DNA of 64,000 bases from an uncultured virus (IMG/VR IMGVR_UViG_3300030329_003010) (Duplodnaviria > Heunggongvirae > Uroviricota > Caudoviricetes): IMG/VR virus record IMGVR_UViG_3300030329_003010; one strand, written 5' to 3'. How positions within the stretch are numbered: position 1 is the stretch's first letter; the number at the start of each line of letters is the position of its first letter. The position numbers and the translations under genes are program-made. The notes under the pieces were generated by a model. That model was given only the letters and a program-made list of their open reading frames with translations. It was not told the origin of the DNA and did no database searches. Shown piece after piece: positions 10,182 to 19,882 of the stretch.

Positions 10182-10182
10182 G

Positions 10183-10605
10183 ATGGCATACGGAGAAGGG
10201 GCAGACCCACGAACAGCAACTTTGAAGACTGGAACCACTGTTAGTGGACCGGGACTTTTACTAACTAACGACAGCACTAACAACACATTAGACCTAACAG
10301 CGGCTAACGAAATCGCTATTGGTGTATCAGCAGGTGATTCAACCCGCGACGTTGATGGTACTTTACAAACTGCTGCTGGCGCAACAGTTTCTTACTACCC
10401 ATTGGGCGGTGTTTTGATGGTACAATCAGAAGCATCCCAAACATACACTACCGGACTTTTAGTATATGCACAGGCGAGCGGCCTTTGCGGTACAACATCC
10501 TCTTCCCGCAAACTCATTGGAGTATATGTGGGAACAGGAGAAACTACTAGCGGTAGTGCTGGTGATATGATTCCTGTTATGACCGCTGGAGCGGCAACTG
10601 CTTAA
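10183..10605 (+). CDS. Capsid decoration/cement protein
   Basis: Small Gly/Thr-rich beta protein immediately upstream of the MCP. Confidence 0.65.
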   Translation: MAYGEGADPRTATLKTGTTVSGPGLLLTNDSTNNTLDLTAANEIAIGVSAGDSTRDVDGTLQTAAGATVSYYPLGGVLMVQSEASQTYTTGLLVYAQASGLCGTTSSSRKLIGVYVGTGETTSGSAGDMIPVMTAGAATA

Positions 10606-10609
10606 GGAG

Positions 10610-11530
10610 ATGATTAAGATGGCAAACGAAACATTAGACACAATATTGAACGCAGAAGCGGCTGCTGGACCGTTCGGACCGGGCGACCAAGTACTTGAGC
10701 AGACCTTAAGAGACTTTATCCAACTACAATCCAACGTCATCAGCGTTGGTACAAAACTTGTTGGAGTACGAAGTGTACCGTGGTTGGACTTCAAGTGGTA
10801 CACTGGAGTTACCGGTACTTTCACTTACCCAATCGATGATGTAGCAATCGTTGACCCTACCAACATTGGAACTGCTAACTATTCAGTACAATTAGAGAAG
10901 GGACAAGGTCGTGTTACATTCCTAGACGCTGTAAGACTAAGAGGCGAATCCTTTGAGAACATCGACAGACAACAGTTGGCTATTGTCCGTGGTCGTGCAG
11001 ACACTATCGACAACCACATTCTAACAAAGTTGGTTGCTGGTGCTGGACAGACTAACGCTGCAACTGCTACTTTTGGTGCTGCAACCGCAGACGAAGAAAA
11101 GGACTTGTTAGATTCTATGGACTTAATCTTTGCTAACGCAAAGGTTTCCGGTGACGAGCCAATGGCTCTTGTACTACCTGCTGATAAGAGAAGTGCTATG
11201 CTAAACACACAACTCTTCGGTAACGTAGTCGAGTCAATGACTGACCATCTACGAAGAATCGCTAACTTAACAGTGTATTATTCCCGTGACTACGGAAGCA
11301 GCAGCGCACTAGGTAACGATGCAATCTTAATGATTCCCGGTGCTGAAACTGCTGAATTCTTCACATACAATGGACCCGGATTCCAAGAGACAGAATTAAC
11401 CCGCCTACCGGGTGTTGGTTTCGACTGGCTCTTGACTGGTTACATGGGTACTGTTATCCATGAGTTCCAAGATGGTGCATCCTCCGGTACTAACAACCGA
11501 ATTGTGAAGATTACAGGCGTAAGGGCTTAA
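10610..11530 (+). CDS. Major capsid protein (HK97 fold)
   Basis: About 300 aa, canonical position after scaffold and decoration genes, strong RBS. Confidence 0.8.
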   Translation: MIKMANETLDTILNAEAAAGPFGPGDQVLEQTLRDFIQLQSNVISVGTKLVGVRSVPWLDFKWYTGVTGTFTYPIDDVAIVDPTNIGTANYSVQLEKGQGRVTFLDAVRLRGESFENIDRQQLAIVRGRADTIDNHILTKLVAGAGQTNAATATFGAATADEEKDLLDSMDLIFANAKVSGDEPMALVLPADKRSAMLNTQLFGNVVESMTDHLRRIANLTVYYSRDYGSSSALGNDAILMIPGAETAEFFTYNGPGFQETELTRLPGVGFDWLLTGYMGTVIHEFQDGASSGTNNRIVKITGVRA

Positions 11531-11559
11531 TCTTAACAACGGGTTGATAATACTAGAAG

Positions 11560-12000
11560 GTGAAAAAAATGACGAAGAACATTAACAGAAAACTACAAAA
11601 CCTACTTGATGGTGAAGCATCTAGGCCGGTTACAGGTAACGCTACTTCTGCTCTCCCTCTTTTCCCTCTTGTGTACAAGATTGAATGTGCTGGTGGAGCA
11701 ACTGCTAACTACGACATTACTGTTGCTGAAAAGTGCATGGTAATTGACGCTTACATCGTAAATAACGCTGCTGGAGACACTTCTGATACAGTACAAGTTA
11801 CTAACGGAACTGGTTCTAACCACATCACTAACGCTATGAGCAACGCTGGAGCGGCTGGAGCGGTTGTTGCAGCATCTTCATTGGATGGAACTCACAGAAA
11901 CTTAGCGGCTGGTGCTACACTTCGCGTAACACAGACTGATAACTCCGGTAGCGATGCTGGCGCAACATCATGTTACATCATCGTACTACGAACCGTTTAA
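11560..12000 (+). CDS. Virion structural protein
   Basis: Ala/Thr/Gly-rich beta protein downstream of the MCP. Confidence 0.6.
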   Translation: MKKMTKNINRKLQNLLDGEASRPVTGNATSALPLFPLVYKIECAGGATANYDITVAEKCMVIDAYIVNNAAGDTSDTVQVTNGTGSNHITNAMSNAGAAGAVVAASSLDGTHRNLAAGATLRVTQTDNSGSDAGATSCYIIVLRTV

Positions 12001-12011
12001 GGTGATTCCCT

Positions 12012-12368
12012 TTGGCTACTAAGGCTGGTTTGGCCAAACAACTGCGAAAGCAAGGCATACCAGTTCCAAAGGAAGGTAAAGTTGCTGATTACGAGCATAG
12101 GCTTAAGCACTGGCTTCCCGGCCCCGGATATATTGTAAGATTGGCTAAACCATCTTCAAGAATGCCGGGTCATCCAGTACAACTTTTGAAAGATACAAAG
12201 ACAATGTATTGGATTCCTAATAGCGAAATGGCTAGAGAAATTATTGAAAGCAAAATAGTGTTTGTCCTACAAAGAACTACGGAACCTCTAAAAGACACCG
12301 TAGTAATAGAAATACCAACGGACTACGGAGTGAATAGCGATGGCGGTAACAACAGCGCAGATTCGTGA
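12012..12368 (+). CDS. Hypothetical protein, head-tail region
   Basis: GGTGA RBS, TTG start, operon context. Confidence 0.6.
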   Translation: MATKAGLAKQLRKQGIPVPKEGKVADYEHRLKHWLPGPGYIVRLAKPSSRMPGHPVQLLKDTKTMYWIPNSEMAREIIESKIVFVLQRTTEPLKDTVVIEIPTDYGVNSDGGNNSADS

Positions 12369-12771
12369 CCTCCTAAATCGCCCACGCGGTCTTAACGAAG
12401 CCACAATTAACGAGTACATTACTATTCGTACCGCAGAAGTAAATAAGAAGTCTCGCGGTGCAAACTTTGGTGTAACTGCGGATAACGCACCAACGACTAC
12501 TCTTAAAGAGTCCGCAATTAAATTCCTAGTATGTGTAGATTGTCTGCGCGTACTTATTGATACTATACCGGCAGTACACCCCGAAAAAGAACAGGGTACT
12601 CAAGATATTAGGTATAATCAACAATTGAAGTCCTTTGAAAAACAGGCACTAGAAGCAATCCGCACCATAGAAGAAAAGGGAGGTACTGCTTTCTACACGA
12701 AAGCCACTACTACCCGTGTGGGCGGAACTACGAGTGGAGCGCAGTTATCGGGTTCTTTAGACGATGACTGA
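12340..12771 (+). CDS. Head-tail adaptor-like protein
   Basis: Helical ~140-aa protein starting MAVTTAQIRDLL; neck position. Confidence 0.55.
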   Translation: MAVTTAQIRDLLNRPRGLNEATINEYITIRTAEVNKKSRGANFGVTADNAPTTTLKESAIKFLVCVDCLRVLIDTIPAVHPEKEQGTQDIRYNQQLKSFEKQALEAIRTIEEKGGTAFYTKATTTRVGGTTSGAQLSGSLDDD

Positions 12772-12788
12772 AAGAGAGCGTGTAAGGT

Positions 12789-14891
12789 ATGGCTGATGTT
12801 GTTTGGGAGGGAGGCTCTTCTACTGCGGCGGGTACTGCGGCGAATTGGGTGGGAGGTTCCTTACCCGGTTCCGGTGATGTGGTGGTATTCAACTCAACTG
12901 CCTCCGCAGATTGCATATGGGATGCGTCGGCTATCGCTACGGTACAGGGTATGAGAATAGAACATACCTTTGACCAAATATTACGTTTTAATTCTGCTGG
13001 TTCATTAAATCTTACTTCTGCTGGTTTAGAAATTCAAGCGGCTGGTAAAATTAGTGCTATCGCCGCATTTACTTTCGCTTTCAGTGGCGCATTACCATTT
13101 ACAGGTAATATAGAATCCTATGTTAAGATAGTTTCGACAAACGACACAAATCTTGATACTGGTAATATATCCTATACAGGTATGTTTAATACTGTTGCGT
13201 CAAGAGCATTATTTACTTTTACATTCGCTATACCAACAGGCGTGGATGTTATTATGGATGATGGTGTTTATCCTAATCTTACATTAACTTCTGCTTCGGG
13301 TACAGTTTATTTTGCTATGATTTACGGTGCGCCTTTCAATAGTTATGGTCTTGTGGATATATTAAATTTTAGTGCTAGTGGCGACGTAGAAGTTAGAAAA
13401 TCCTCTAGTACATATTATCCAGTAGCAAACGATTATGATAAATCATTTAGATTTGGTGGTTCATTAACAATTAGTAGTAATTACTGGTACACATATCGCT
13501 CTACCGTTACTTATACTCCTCTAAGTACTGCTGTTTTTAGATTTCCGGCTGATGGAGAAACTAATTATGGTACTGGTGCTAATTTTTATGCACAACACTA
13601 TGATGTTATTATAGCACCGGGAGATGTTGCCGGAACAAAATGTATTCTTGATAGCGGACATATACTTTCTTGTAACTCATTAACAGTATTAGAGGAGGCT
13701 GTTTTTGTTGGGCCGCCGGAGCATCCGGGTAGTGAAATACGATGTATTAGAAGACCGGTTATTGACGGTACTTGGAATTTTGTACAAGTAGCAGATGGGA
13801 TTTATTCTTCCGATGAAGCAAAGCCATTTTTCGGTGTACCACAAGGCGGAACTGGACTTCAAACTGTTACAAAGGGTAGTATTCTCATAGGGAATGATAT
13901 GAATGTACTTAGTACTGACGCAAATCTTACTTTTGCAGCAGACCACTTACACGTTGATAGAGGTATCAAAATCACAGAAGGTGCTGACCATCCTGTTGCT
14001 CCCGGTGCTGGTTATGGGCTTTTATGGACAAAGAATACAACCCCTAGTACCCTCATTTATACTGATGATGCCGGTACAGATACTACTCTAGGCTCCGGCG
14101 GAGGTGGTATTACCGCACTTACAGGAGATGTAACAGCAAGCGGTACAGGTTCGGTAGCGGCTACTATTGCTGACGAGGCTGTAACATATGCAAAAATGCA
14201 GCACGTTTCAGCAACAAGCAGGGTGTTAGGTAGAATTACTTCGGGTGCTGGAGATGTTGAAGAACTTACTGGTGCTAACATTCGTACTATTGCTAATGTT
14301 GAAAATGGTGCAGATGTAACAGATGAAACTAATGTTAAGGCAGCATTAAGTGGGGCGACTATTACTGATGTAACTGCTGCATCTGATGATAAGGTGCTTA
14401 TTCAAGATACAAATGATAGCGATAATTTGAAAACTTCTACTGTAAGTAGTATTGTAGCAGCAGGTGGGACAAGACAAGTTATTGTTTATGCTGCTATGAA
14501 TGCAGGAACACCTTCTTGTGCAAATGCAGCGACTACTAATATTGATATGGGTACTGCTGTTGTAGGAACTACACAAAGTATTACTGGAGTTGGGGGCGCA
14601 TCAACAACAGGTTTCATTTCTCCTTTTGATGGGCCGGCTATGATAGAAGTTAGACTTAACTTAAGTGCTTTTGTAGCATCAACAAGTAACTACTACATGG
14701 TTCGTTATCAGATTAACACAACAGCAGGTAATTGGGTTGCCGGTGGTGAAATAGTTGGTGGCGACCAACCTACAATTAGGCAATTGGTTATACTTAATCA
14801 AAACGATGAAGTAGGAGTCGCTGTCTATCAAAATTATGGAAGCGCGAGAACCCTAGCAGGAGCGCAAATGTTAGTGTACCAAATACTGTGA
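12789..14891 (+). CDS. Fibre / adhesin-like virion protein
   Basis: N-terminal WxGG...AANW...P...D beta-helix start; fibre motifs GVPQGGTG, LTGDVT, AVTYAKMQ. Confidence 0.7.
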   Translation: MADVVWEGGSSTAAGTAANWVGGSLPGSGDVVVFNSTASADCIWDASAIATVQGMRIEHTFDQILRFNSAGSLNLTSAGLEIQAAGKISAIAAFTFAFSGALPFTGNIESYVKIVSTNDTNLDTGNISYTGMFNTVASRALFTFTFAIPTGVDVIMDDGVYPNLTLTSASGTVYFAMIYGAPFNSYGLVDILNFSASGDVEVRKSSSTYYPVANDYDKSFRFGGSLTISSNYWYTYRSTVTYTPLSTAVFRFPADGETNYGTGANFYAQHYDVIIAPGDVAGTKCILDSGHILSCNSLTVLEEAVFVGPPEHPGSEIRCIRRPVIDGTWNFVQVADGIYSSDEAKPFFGVPQGGTGLQTVTKGSILIGNDMNVLSTDANLTFAADHLHVDRGIKITEGADHPVAPGAGYGLLWTKNTTPSTLIYTDDAGTDTTLGSGGGGITALTGDVTASGTGSVAATIADEAVTYAKMQHVSATSRVLGRITSGAGDVEELTGANIRTIANVENGADVTDETNVKAALSGATITDVTAASDDKVLIQDTNDSDNLKTSTVSSIVAAGGTRQVIVYAAMNAGTPSCANAATTNIDMGTAVVGTTQSITGVGGASTTGFISPFDGPAMIEVRLNLSAFVASTSNYYMVRYQINTTAGNWVAGGEIVGGDQPTIRQLVILNQNDEVGVAVYQNYGSARTLAGAQMLVYQIL

Positions 14892-14895
14892 TAAT

Positions 14896-15075
14896 ATGCC
14901 GACGATGCCCGATGCCCTTACTGAACAATATCCCGACCTACCCTTTAATGTATATCCGGTTGTGGTTTGGAATCCCCATACAAGTGAATACATTTACAAT
15001 CCTTCTGCTTGGCCTAGTGAGGGATATGGAACAGCACCAACAAATGAACAATTACAGGAGTGGATGAACGAATGA
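14896..15075 (+). CDS. 59-aa fibre chaperone-like protein (XkdW-like)
   Basis: Hand translation MPTMPDALTEQYP...W...APTNEQLQEW; directly follows the fibre gene. Confidence 0.5.
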   Translation: MPTMPDALTEQYPDLPFNVYPVVVWNPHTSEYIYNPSAWPSEGYGTAPTNEQLQEWMNE

Positions 15076-15242
15076 CGAAAAGACCCGGAAAAATAGTATA
15101 TCAACCGCCCGAAAAGTCGTTTACTCATGTAAACATTGAAGAGACACCCCACGGCTACAAGATATACAGGCCGGGTGCAGATAGACCTTTTACAGTAATT
15201 CCGTTGTCGGCAGTTAAGCAAATAGTATATGATAGAGAGTGA
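15072..15242 (+). CDS. Small hypothetical protein
   Basis: ATGA overlap with upstream stop; GGAG RBS. Confidence 0.6.
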   Translation: MTKRPGKIVYQPPEKSFTHVNIEETPHGYKIYRPGADRPFTVIPLSAVKQIVYDRE

Positions 15243-15442
15243 GAAAAATGAGCGATTTAGAACTTTGGATTCCAGTAATAATGTTAGTAGTCGGCGCAGG
15301 TGCATGGGGCTTAAATAAATATAAGAGCATCATGGCTGACGGTAAAGTTAGCCTTGAAGAAGTCCTCGACACGGTAAGCGAAGCAACCGACAAGGTTGAG
15401 GAAATCGCAGATGCCGTGGAGGATGCTAAGGATGCAGAATAA
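15239..15442 (+). CDS. Small single-TM protein (holin-like)
   Basis: N-terminal TM helix and acidic amphipathic tail. Confidence 0.55.
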   Translation: MRKMSDLELWIPVIMLVVGAGAWGLNKYKSIMADGKVSLEEVLDTVSEATDKVEEIADAVEDAKDAE

Positions 15443-15494
15443 TCCTCGATACTTAATCGAATGGCTCAACCTCTATTTCCCGGAGGAAGAATAA

Positions 15495-16031
15495 ATGACT
15501 TATTATTGCTCCGTTGCAGATGTAGGTTCCCGTCTAGGTCTTAACAGTGAGCAACGTACACGCGCTACTACACGCATTACTAGCGCAATCCGTAGGGCTA
15601 CAATCGACATCGACCAATGCTATCGTGATTATGGTAGAGATGTACCAGCAAAAAGTATCAAATCTACTACTCTTGATGGAGCGGTTACTGCCGGTGCTAC
15701 CACAGTTACATTAACAAGCAGCACAGGATTTAGTACCGCAGGTAATGGTAACATAGATGGAGACTCCTTTGCATGGACAGGAAAATCTAGCAACGATTTA
15801 ACCGGATGCACAGGCATCTCTTTTGACCACGCTGACGACTCTCCTGTTGAAGAAGGAGAAGAGGCTCATGTATTGCGTGAGATTTGTGCGGACATAGCAG
15901 CAGCATATTATTACGAGGATGAATCGACATTCCAAACAACAGGCGGTGAAGGCGGAATGAGAGGCACTACATTACGCGAAAGAGGTACTAACAACCTAGT
16001 ACGCCTAGCACACCTCGGTTCAGTAGATTGA
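15495..16031 (+). CDS. Head-tail connector with inserted beta domain
   Basis: YCSVADV...ATIDID...LREICADIAAAYYY adaptor signature. Confidence 0.65.
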   Translation: MTYYCSVADVGSRLGLNSEQRTRATTRITSAIRRATIDIDQCYRDYGRDVPAKSIKSTTLDGAVTAGATTVTLTSSTGFSTAGNGNIDGDSFAWTGKSSNDLTGCTGISFDHADDSPVEEGEEAHVLREICADIAAAYYYEDESTFQTTGGEGGMRGTTLRERGTNNLVRLAHLGSVD

Positions 16032-16040
16032 GGTGATTAA

Positions 16041-16565
16041 ATGAGTTTTGTAGAATTTCAAACACCGGACATAACCGGAATTGCTAAAAGATACTTGAAT
16101 AAATTCGGGCAAGATGCGGTGGATGTAATAGTCGACACTTTAAAGAAAATAGGTGAAACAGAAGAAAGAAACACAAGTAATCGTTTGTTTTCGCGAAGTA
16201 CCGCTAATGCTGATATATTTGAAAGAGTAGGAGAAGCAGTATTTTCTGAAATTGGCGAGCAAAGCAAAAAAAATGTTACACTTCTTTTCGGCTCCGCTCC
16301 GGGTCCGGGTTCAAGAGGTGCGAACATCGCAGCGATTCTTGCTTTTGGTAAAAAACAGGGGCCGAGGCAAAGTCAAAGAAAATTTGCTACGCCCGCTAAA
16401 AAATCGGGAACCGGTCACAAAATTTTCTTGCCCGAAGGGTATCGAAGCCCGGAGAGAAAGGCAGAACCTATGTTTTTTCCACGCGCCCAACAAAATATTA
16501 TGAAAAATATAGAAAAGAAAATACCCGAAGCACTTCGTAGGGCGTTTGATGAGGTGAAGGTATAA
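16041..16565 (+). CDS. Neck / tail completion protein (HK97 gp10-like)
   Basis: Basic protein with AFG and EPMFFPRA motifs; position. Confidence 0.55.
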   Translation: MSFVEFQTPDITGIAKRYLNKFGQDAVDVIVDTLKKIGETEERNTSNRLFSRSTANADIFERVGEAVFSEIGEQSKKNVTLLFGSAPGPGSRGANIAAILAFGKKQGPRQSQRKFATPAKKSGTGHKIFLPEGYRSPERKAEPMFFPRAQQNIMKNIEKKIPEALRRAFDEVKV

Positions 16566-17638
16566 TGGCTATCGCAACTAAGACTCAATACTGGACAAGT
16601 CGTATGAACGGCACAAATCCAGCCTCTCTAGGTGGAACATTTAATGATTCGTGGACTGTAAGTGGTAGTGGTGGAGCCGCTAGTGGAGAATATTGGAGAA
16701 TCACTAGCAACGGCTACTGGTATCAAACTCCTACGACAAGCGATTATACTATTGTTGCCGCTCTAAAGTTCCCAAATACAGGCGCACTACCTTCTAATGG
16801 TACTGTACTTATGCGCCTCGATAACGCAGATTATAGAGTTGAAGTAAGAGCAAAAGGTAACTCTTCTACATTAGACCTCGTAGGTGCTACCACTGTTACT
16901 ACACCGGACTTAGATTTAGCGATGGCTGATGATAATCCAGTAGCAGTTATACTGCGCCTTACACTAGATGCTAGTGGTAATGCTAAATTGTATATGCGTG
17001 AGATTATTGAGGATGACGACGGTGCTACGCATTATCTTTCTGTAACTGGTTCTAGTGGTTCCGGTAAAGATGCGCGATGGGGTAATTCATCCGGCACAGT
17101 GGATTGGGGTTCAGTCTATTTTACAAATGCAGGGGCATTTAGTCCCGATGAACTATTGACTTCTGATTTCGCTCAAGATGTTTTGGCTCGTATGGGTCTT
17201 GGTATAGTAGAGCAGATAAAAAATAGTACAAGAATGTATCTTAAAACACAAGTGGATAACTCTTCAATAATATACGGATATGACCTTTCTATGGATATGC
17301 TGAACAGATTGTCTCCTCCGACAGTTCATGTTATGGTAAAAGATTTGGGGTCGCCGGAATTTGAATCTTTGGGAGGAGCGAAGATAACACAGAACTATGA
17401 TGTTATGATTTTTGTAACCACGAAGGGTACTAATTATGAGAACGCATATCGTCTTGGTCTAAACATTATTGGTGAAATCTTTGACGAACTTTACACGAAT
17501 ACAGGGGTAGAAGGAACTACTGATAGTATTATTTCATATCTCGCTGAATTCAGTCCTCGTATGGACAATGATGACTTTGTTTGCGTACACCGTATGGAAC
17601 TAACATATATGCGTAGAATCGACATGCGACATCGCTAA
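16565..17638 (+). CDS. Tail terminator-like protein with N-terminal beta-sandwich domain
   Basis: Directly upstream of the tail tube; C-terminal terminator-like pattern. Confidence 0.55.
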   Translation: MAIATKTQYWTSRMNGTNPASLGGTFNDSWTVSGSGGAASGEYWRITSNGYWYQTPTTSDYTIVAALKFPNTGALPSNGTVLMRLDNADYRVEVRAKGNSSTLDLVGATTVTTPDLDLAMADDNPVAVILRLTLDASGNAKLYMREIIEDDDGATHYLSVTGSSGSGKDARWGNSSGTVDWGSVYFTNAGAFSPDELLTSDFAQDVLARMGLGIVEQIKNSTRMYLKTQVDNSSIIYGYDLSMDMLNRLSPPTVHVMVKDLGSPEFESLGGAKITQNYDVMIFVTTKGTNYENAYRLGLNIIGEIFDELYTNTGVEGTTDSIISYLAEFSPRMDNDDFVCVHRMELTYMRRIDMRHR

Positions 17639-17698
17639 TAAGTGCGAATGCTTAATAATCAATCGGGGAATCAACAACTACCGTCGAGGTGATAACCT

Positions 17699-18730
17699 AT
17701 GGTTGAATTCTTAAATCGTTATGTCTCAATAGAGAAAGAGTCCACTTATGGAACTGAACCGAGTGGAACTCCTGTTTATGGAGAAGTTGATGACGAATCT
17801 ATCCAACATAACTTTGAACTCATGACCCGTGAGGACATGAGCCGACCAATCAGTGCAAAGTCCGTAACCGGAACTGAATATTCAGAAGGCGACATTAACC
17901 TCGCTATGCAGGTTGATGATTTCGTAGGAAATCTATTATACTCATTTTTCCCACAAGATACAACTAGCAACCCATCGGGTTCAATTTACAAACACATTCT
18001 AACAGAGCCTTCTCTTACAAGCGCATCTGCTGGTGTTTACCCTTCTTGGACTGTCCGTGTTGGGCGTGAAGAAAAAGAACACACTTTTACTGGTATGATG
18101 ACTAACACATTAAGCGTCAGTGCTTCGGTTGGAGAATACGCTACAATGAGTGTTGGGTTTGTTGGAAAAGCAGAATCGGCAACCGCCGCACTCGCTACTC
18201 CTACCTTTGATGGTGTCGCTCTCGATGCACTATACTTCGCTAACGGAGTAGTCAACTTTGATGATGGTACTTCGGGCGCACCCGCAGCATCGGCATCCGT
18301 TAAATCGTTTAGTTTTGATATTAACTTAAATCGTGATACAGATAACGCTTATGCTATCGGAGCCAGTACATATGGTCGCGCACCTCCGGCACAACGGCGT
18401 GAAGTGACTGGAACTCTTGAGTTCAATAAGGTAATTTACACAAGTTCTCTTGACGAGCCTACTTACGACGGTTTAATTGCGGCTGATGGTCTTGAATATA
18501 ATGATGGGGCAGCACCAGTTCTTATACTTGAATTAAAAGACGAAGCAGCAGCAGATTTCATCAAGATTCAGTTTGAAAAGATACGCTTTGAGGCTCCTCA
18601 AGCATCAGTAAGCGGTCGCGATACTAACACAATGACCGTAAACTTCGTTGCTTTGTATGATGATGACCGAGGTTGCATGACCGTAACGGCACAAGGAACA
18701 TCTCTATCATCCACACAGTATGACGCTTGA
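17699..18730 (+). CDS. Major tail tube protein
   Basis: KESTYGT start, REVTGTLEF, beta-rich; upstream of chaperones and tape measure. Confidence 0.8.
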   Translation: MVEFLNRYVSIEKESTYGTEPSGTPVYGEVDDESIQHNFELMTREDMSRPISAKSVTGTEYSEGDINLAMQVDDFVGNLLYSFFPQDTTSNPSGSIYKHILTEPSLTSASAGVYPSWTVRVGREEKEHTFTGMMTNTLSVSASVGEYATMSVGFVGKAESATAALATPTFDGVALDALYFANGVVNFDDGTSGAPAASASVKSFSFDINLNRDTDNAYAIGASTYGRAPPAQRREVTGTLEFNKVIYTSSLDEPTYDGLIAADGLEYNDGAAPVLILELKDEAAADFIKIQFEKIRFEAPQASVSGRDTNTMTVNFVALYDDDRGCMTVTAQGTSLSSTQYDA

Positions 18731-18739
18731 GGTGATTAA

Positions 18740-18916
18740 ATGAGTTTCATAGAACTAGCAGAATCTCTTGGACATGAAGTCGATGAGGCATCCGCAGAAG
18801 TTCTATCAAGACTTGAAAACAAAAGCGTTGCACTAAAATTTATTCGCAGACTTCCTAAAAAGAAGGCTACTCCTAAGAAGGCTAAGAAGTCTTCAAAGAA
18901 GGAGAGTGAAGAATAA
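18740..18916 (+). CDS. Small protein with Lys-rich tail
   Basis: Hand translation MSFIELAES...KKKATPKKAKKSSKKESEE; GAGGTGA RBS. Confidence 0.6.
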   Translation: MSFIELAESLGHEVDEASAEVLSRLENKSVALKFIRRLPKKKATPKKAKKSSKKESEE

Positions 18917-19128
18917 TGGCGGTTGGTGACGGCGGCATTAAGATTGTCGATAAGTCAAAGATTACCGTTACAGAATTGAAGACTACAATGGCTGGTCTAG
19001 CATCAGCCCTTCAAACTCTCATGCGTGGTAGCACATTTGCTAACAACGATATTATTTATCAAATCATGTACGAAAGAAACAAGAATAGTAATGATGTTAC
19101 AGTGTATGTGGTGTGGGAAGACCAGTAA
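18916..19128 (+). CDS. Small hypothetical protein
   Basis: ORF track; coupled to upstream stop. Confidence 0.6.
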   Translation: MAVGDGGIKIVDKSKITVTELKTTMAGLASALQTLMRGSTFANNDIIYQIMYERNKNSNDVTVYVVWEDQ

Positions 19129-19226
19129 TAGGTGATTAAAGATGTCGAGAAGATATACAGAACCAGTAAGTGAAAAGAAGCCGAAGAAGGCTTCAAAGAA
19201 GAAGAAGAGTGAGAAAGTGAAGAAAG

Positions 19227-19586
19227 ATGCCGGTACTAAAAAAGGAAATTGAACTAGAAGATGGGCGCAAAATTTGGGTGCGACAGGCATCCGGTATGCA
19301 GAAATTAAAAATCGAAACTATACAAGCGAAAATATTTCGTAAGTTTAGGCATTTCGGTGCTAACCCCGCAGAATGGACAGAAGACCAAAACATAGAGTTT
19401 TCTGACGCTCTTGACGAGGCTGGTGGCGGAATGGAAATGCAAATCCAAACATGGATTCCTAATTGTATTATGGAGGAGGATTTCGACATAGATACTCTTA
19501 CTACATCAGAACTTATAGAAATACTTTCATTTGTGCGTGGTGATGACCCGGAGGGCGCACTCCCTTTGGTCACTTCCTCGGAGTAG
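19227..19586 (+). CDS. Tail assembly chaperone (G)
   Basis: Between tail tube and tape measure; slippery heptamer near its 3' end. Confidence 0.7.
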   Translation: MPVLKKEIELEDGRKIWVRQASGMQKLKIETIQAKIFRKFRHFGANPAEWTEDQNIEFSDALDEAGGGMEMQIQTWIPNCIMEEDFDIDTLTTSELIEILSFVRGDDPEGALPLVTSSE

Positions 19587-19882
19587 CGACCCCATTGTGT
19601 ATGGCTTTTAAGGGTGTTTTACCCTCCGACCTTTGGGAACGATATGACTCCGAGGGCGGGCAGAAAAGGGTTGAAATTGATATGCTAGTAGCGGCAGAAA
19701 TAAATGACCGTATTAGCGAGGCTAGTAAGGATGCTAAGAGGGATGGTAAATCTATGGTCGCAAGGCGTGATAGACGAAGAGAACAACGCCAACTCTTAAA
19801 CAACAACAAAGACCTGTTTAACGCATTGAGAGATGCGAATGTCCCGATTGAGGGCAGTAATGAAAGTGGGGATAAGGAATGA
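19562..19882 (+). CDS. Tail assembly chaperone GT extension reached by -1 frameshift
   Basis: C-CCT-TTG heptamer at 19562-19568; the -1 frame is open into ORF 19595..19882. Confidence 0.65.
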   Translation, partial: PFGHFLGVATPLCMAFKGVLPSDLWERYDSEGGQKRVEIDMLVAAEINDRISEASKDAKRDGKSMVARRDRRREQRQLLNNNKDLFNALRDANVPIEGSNESGDKE

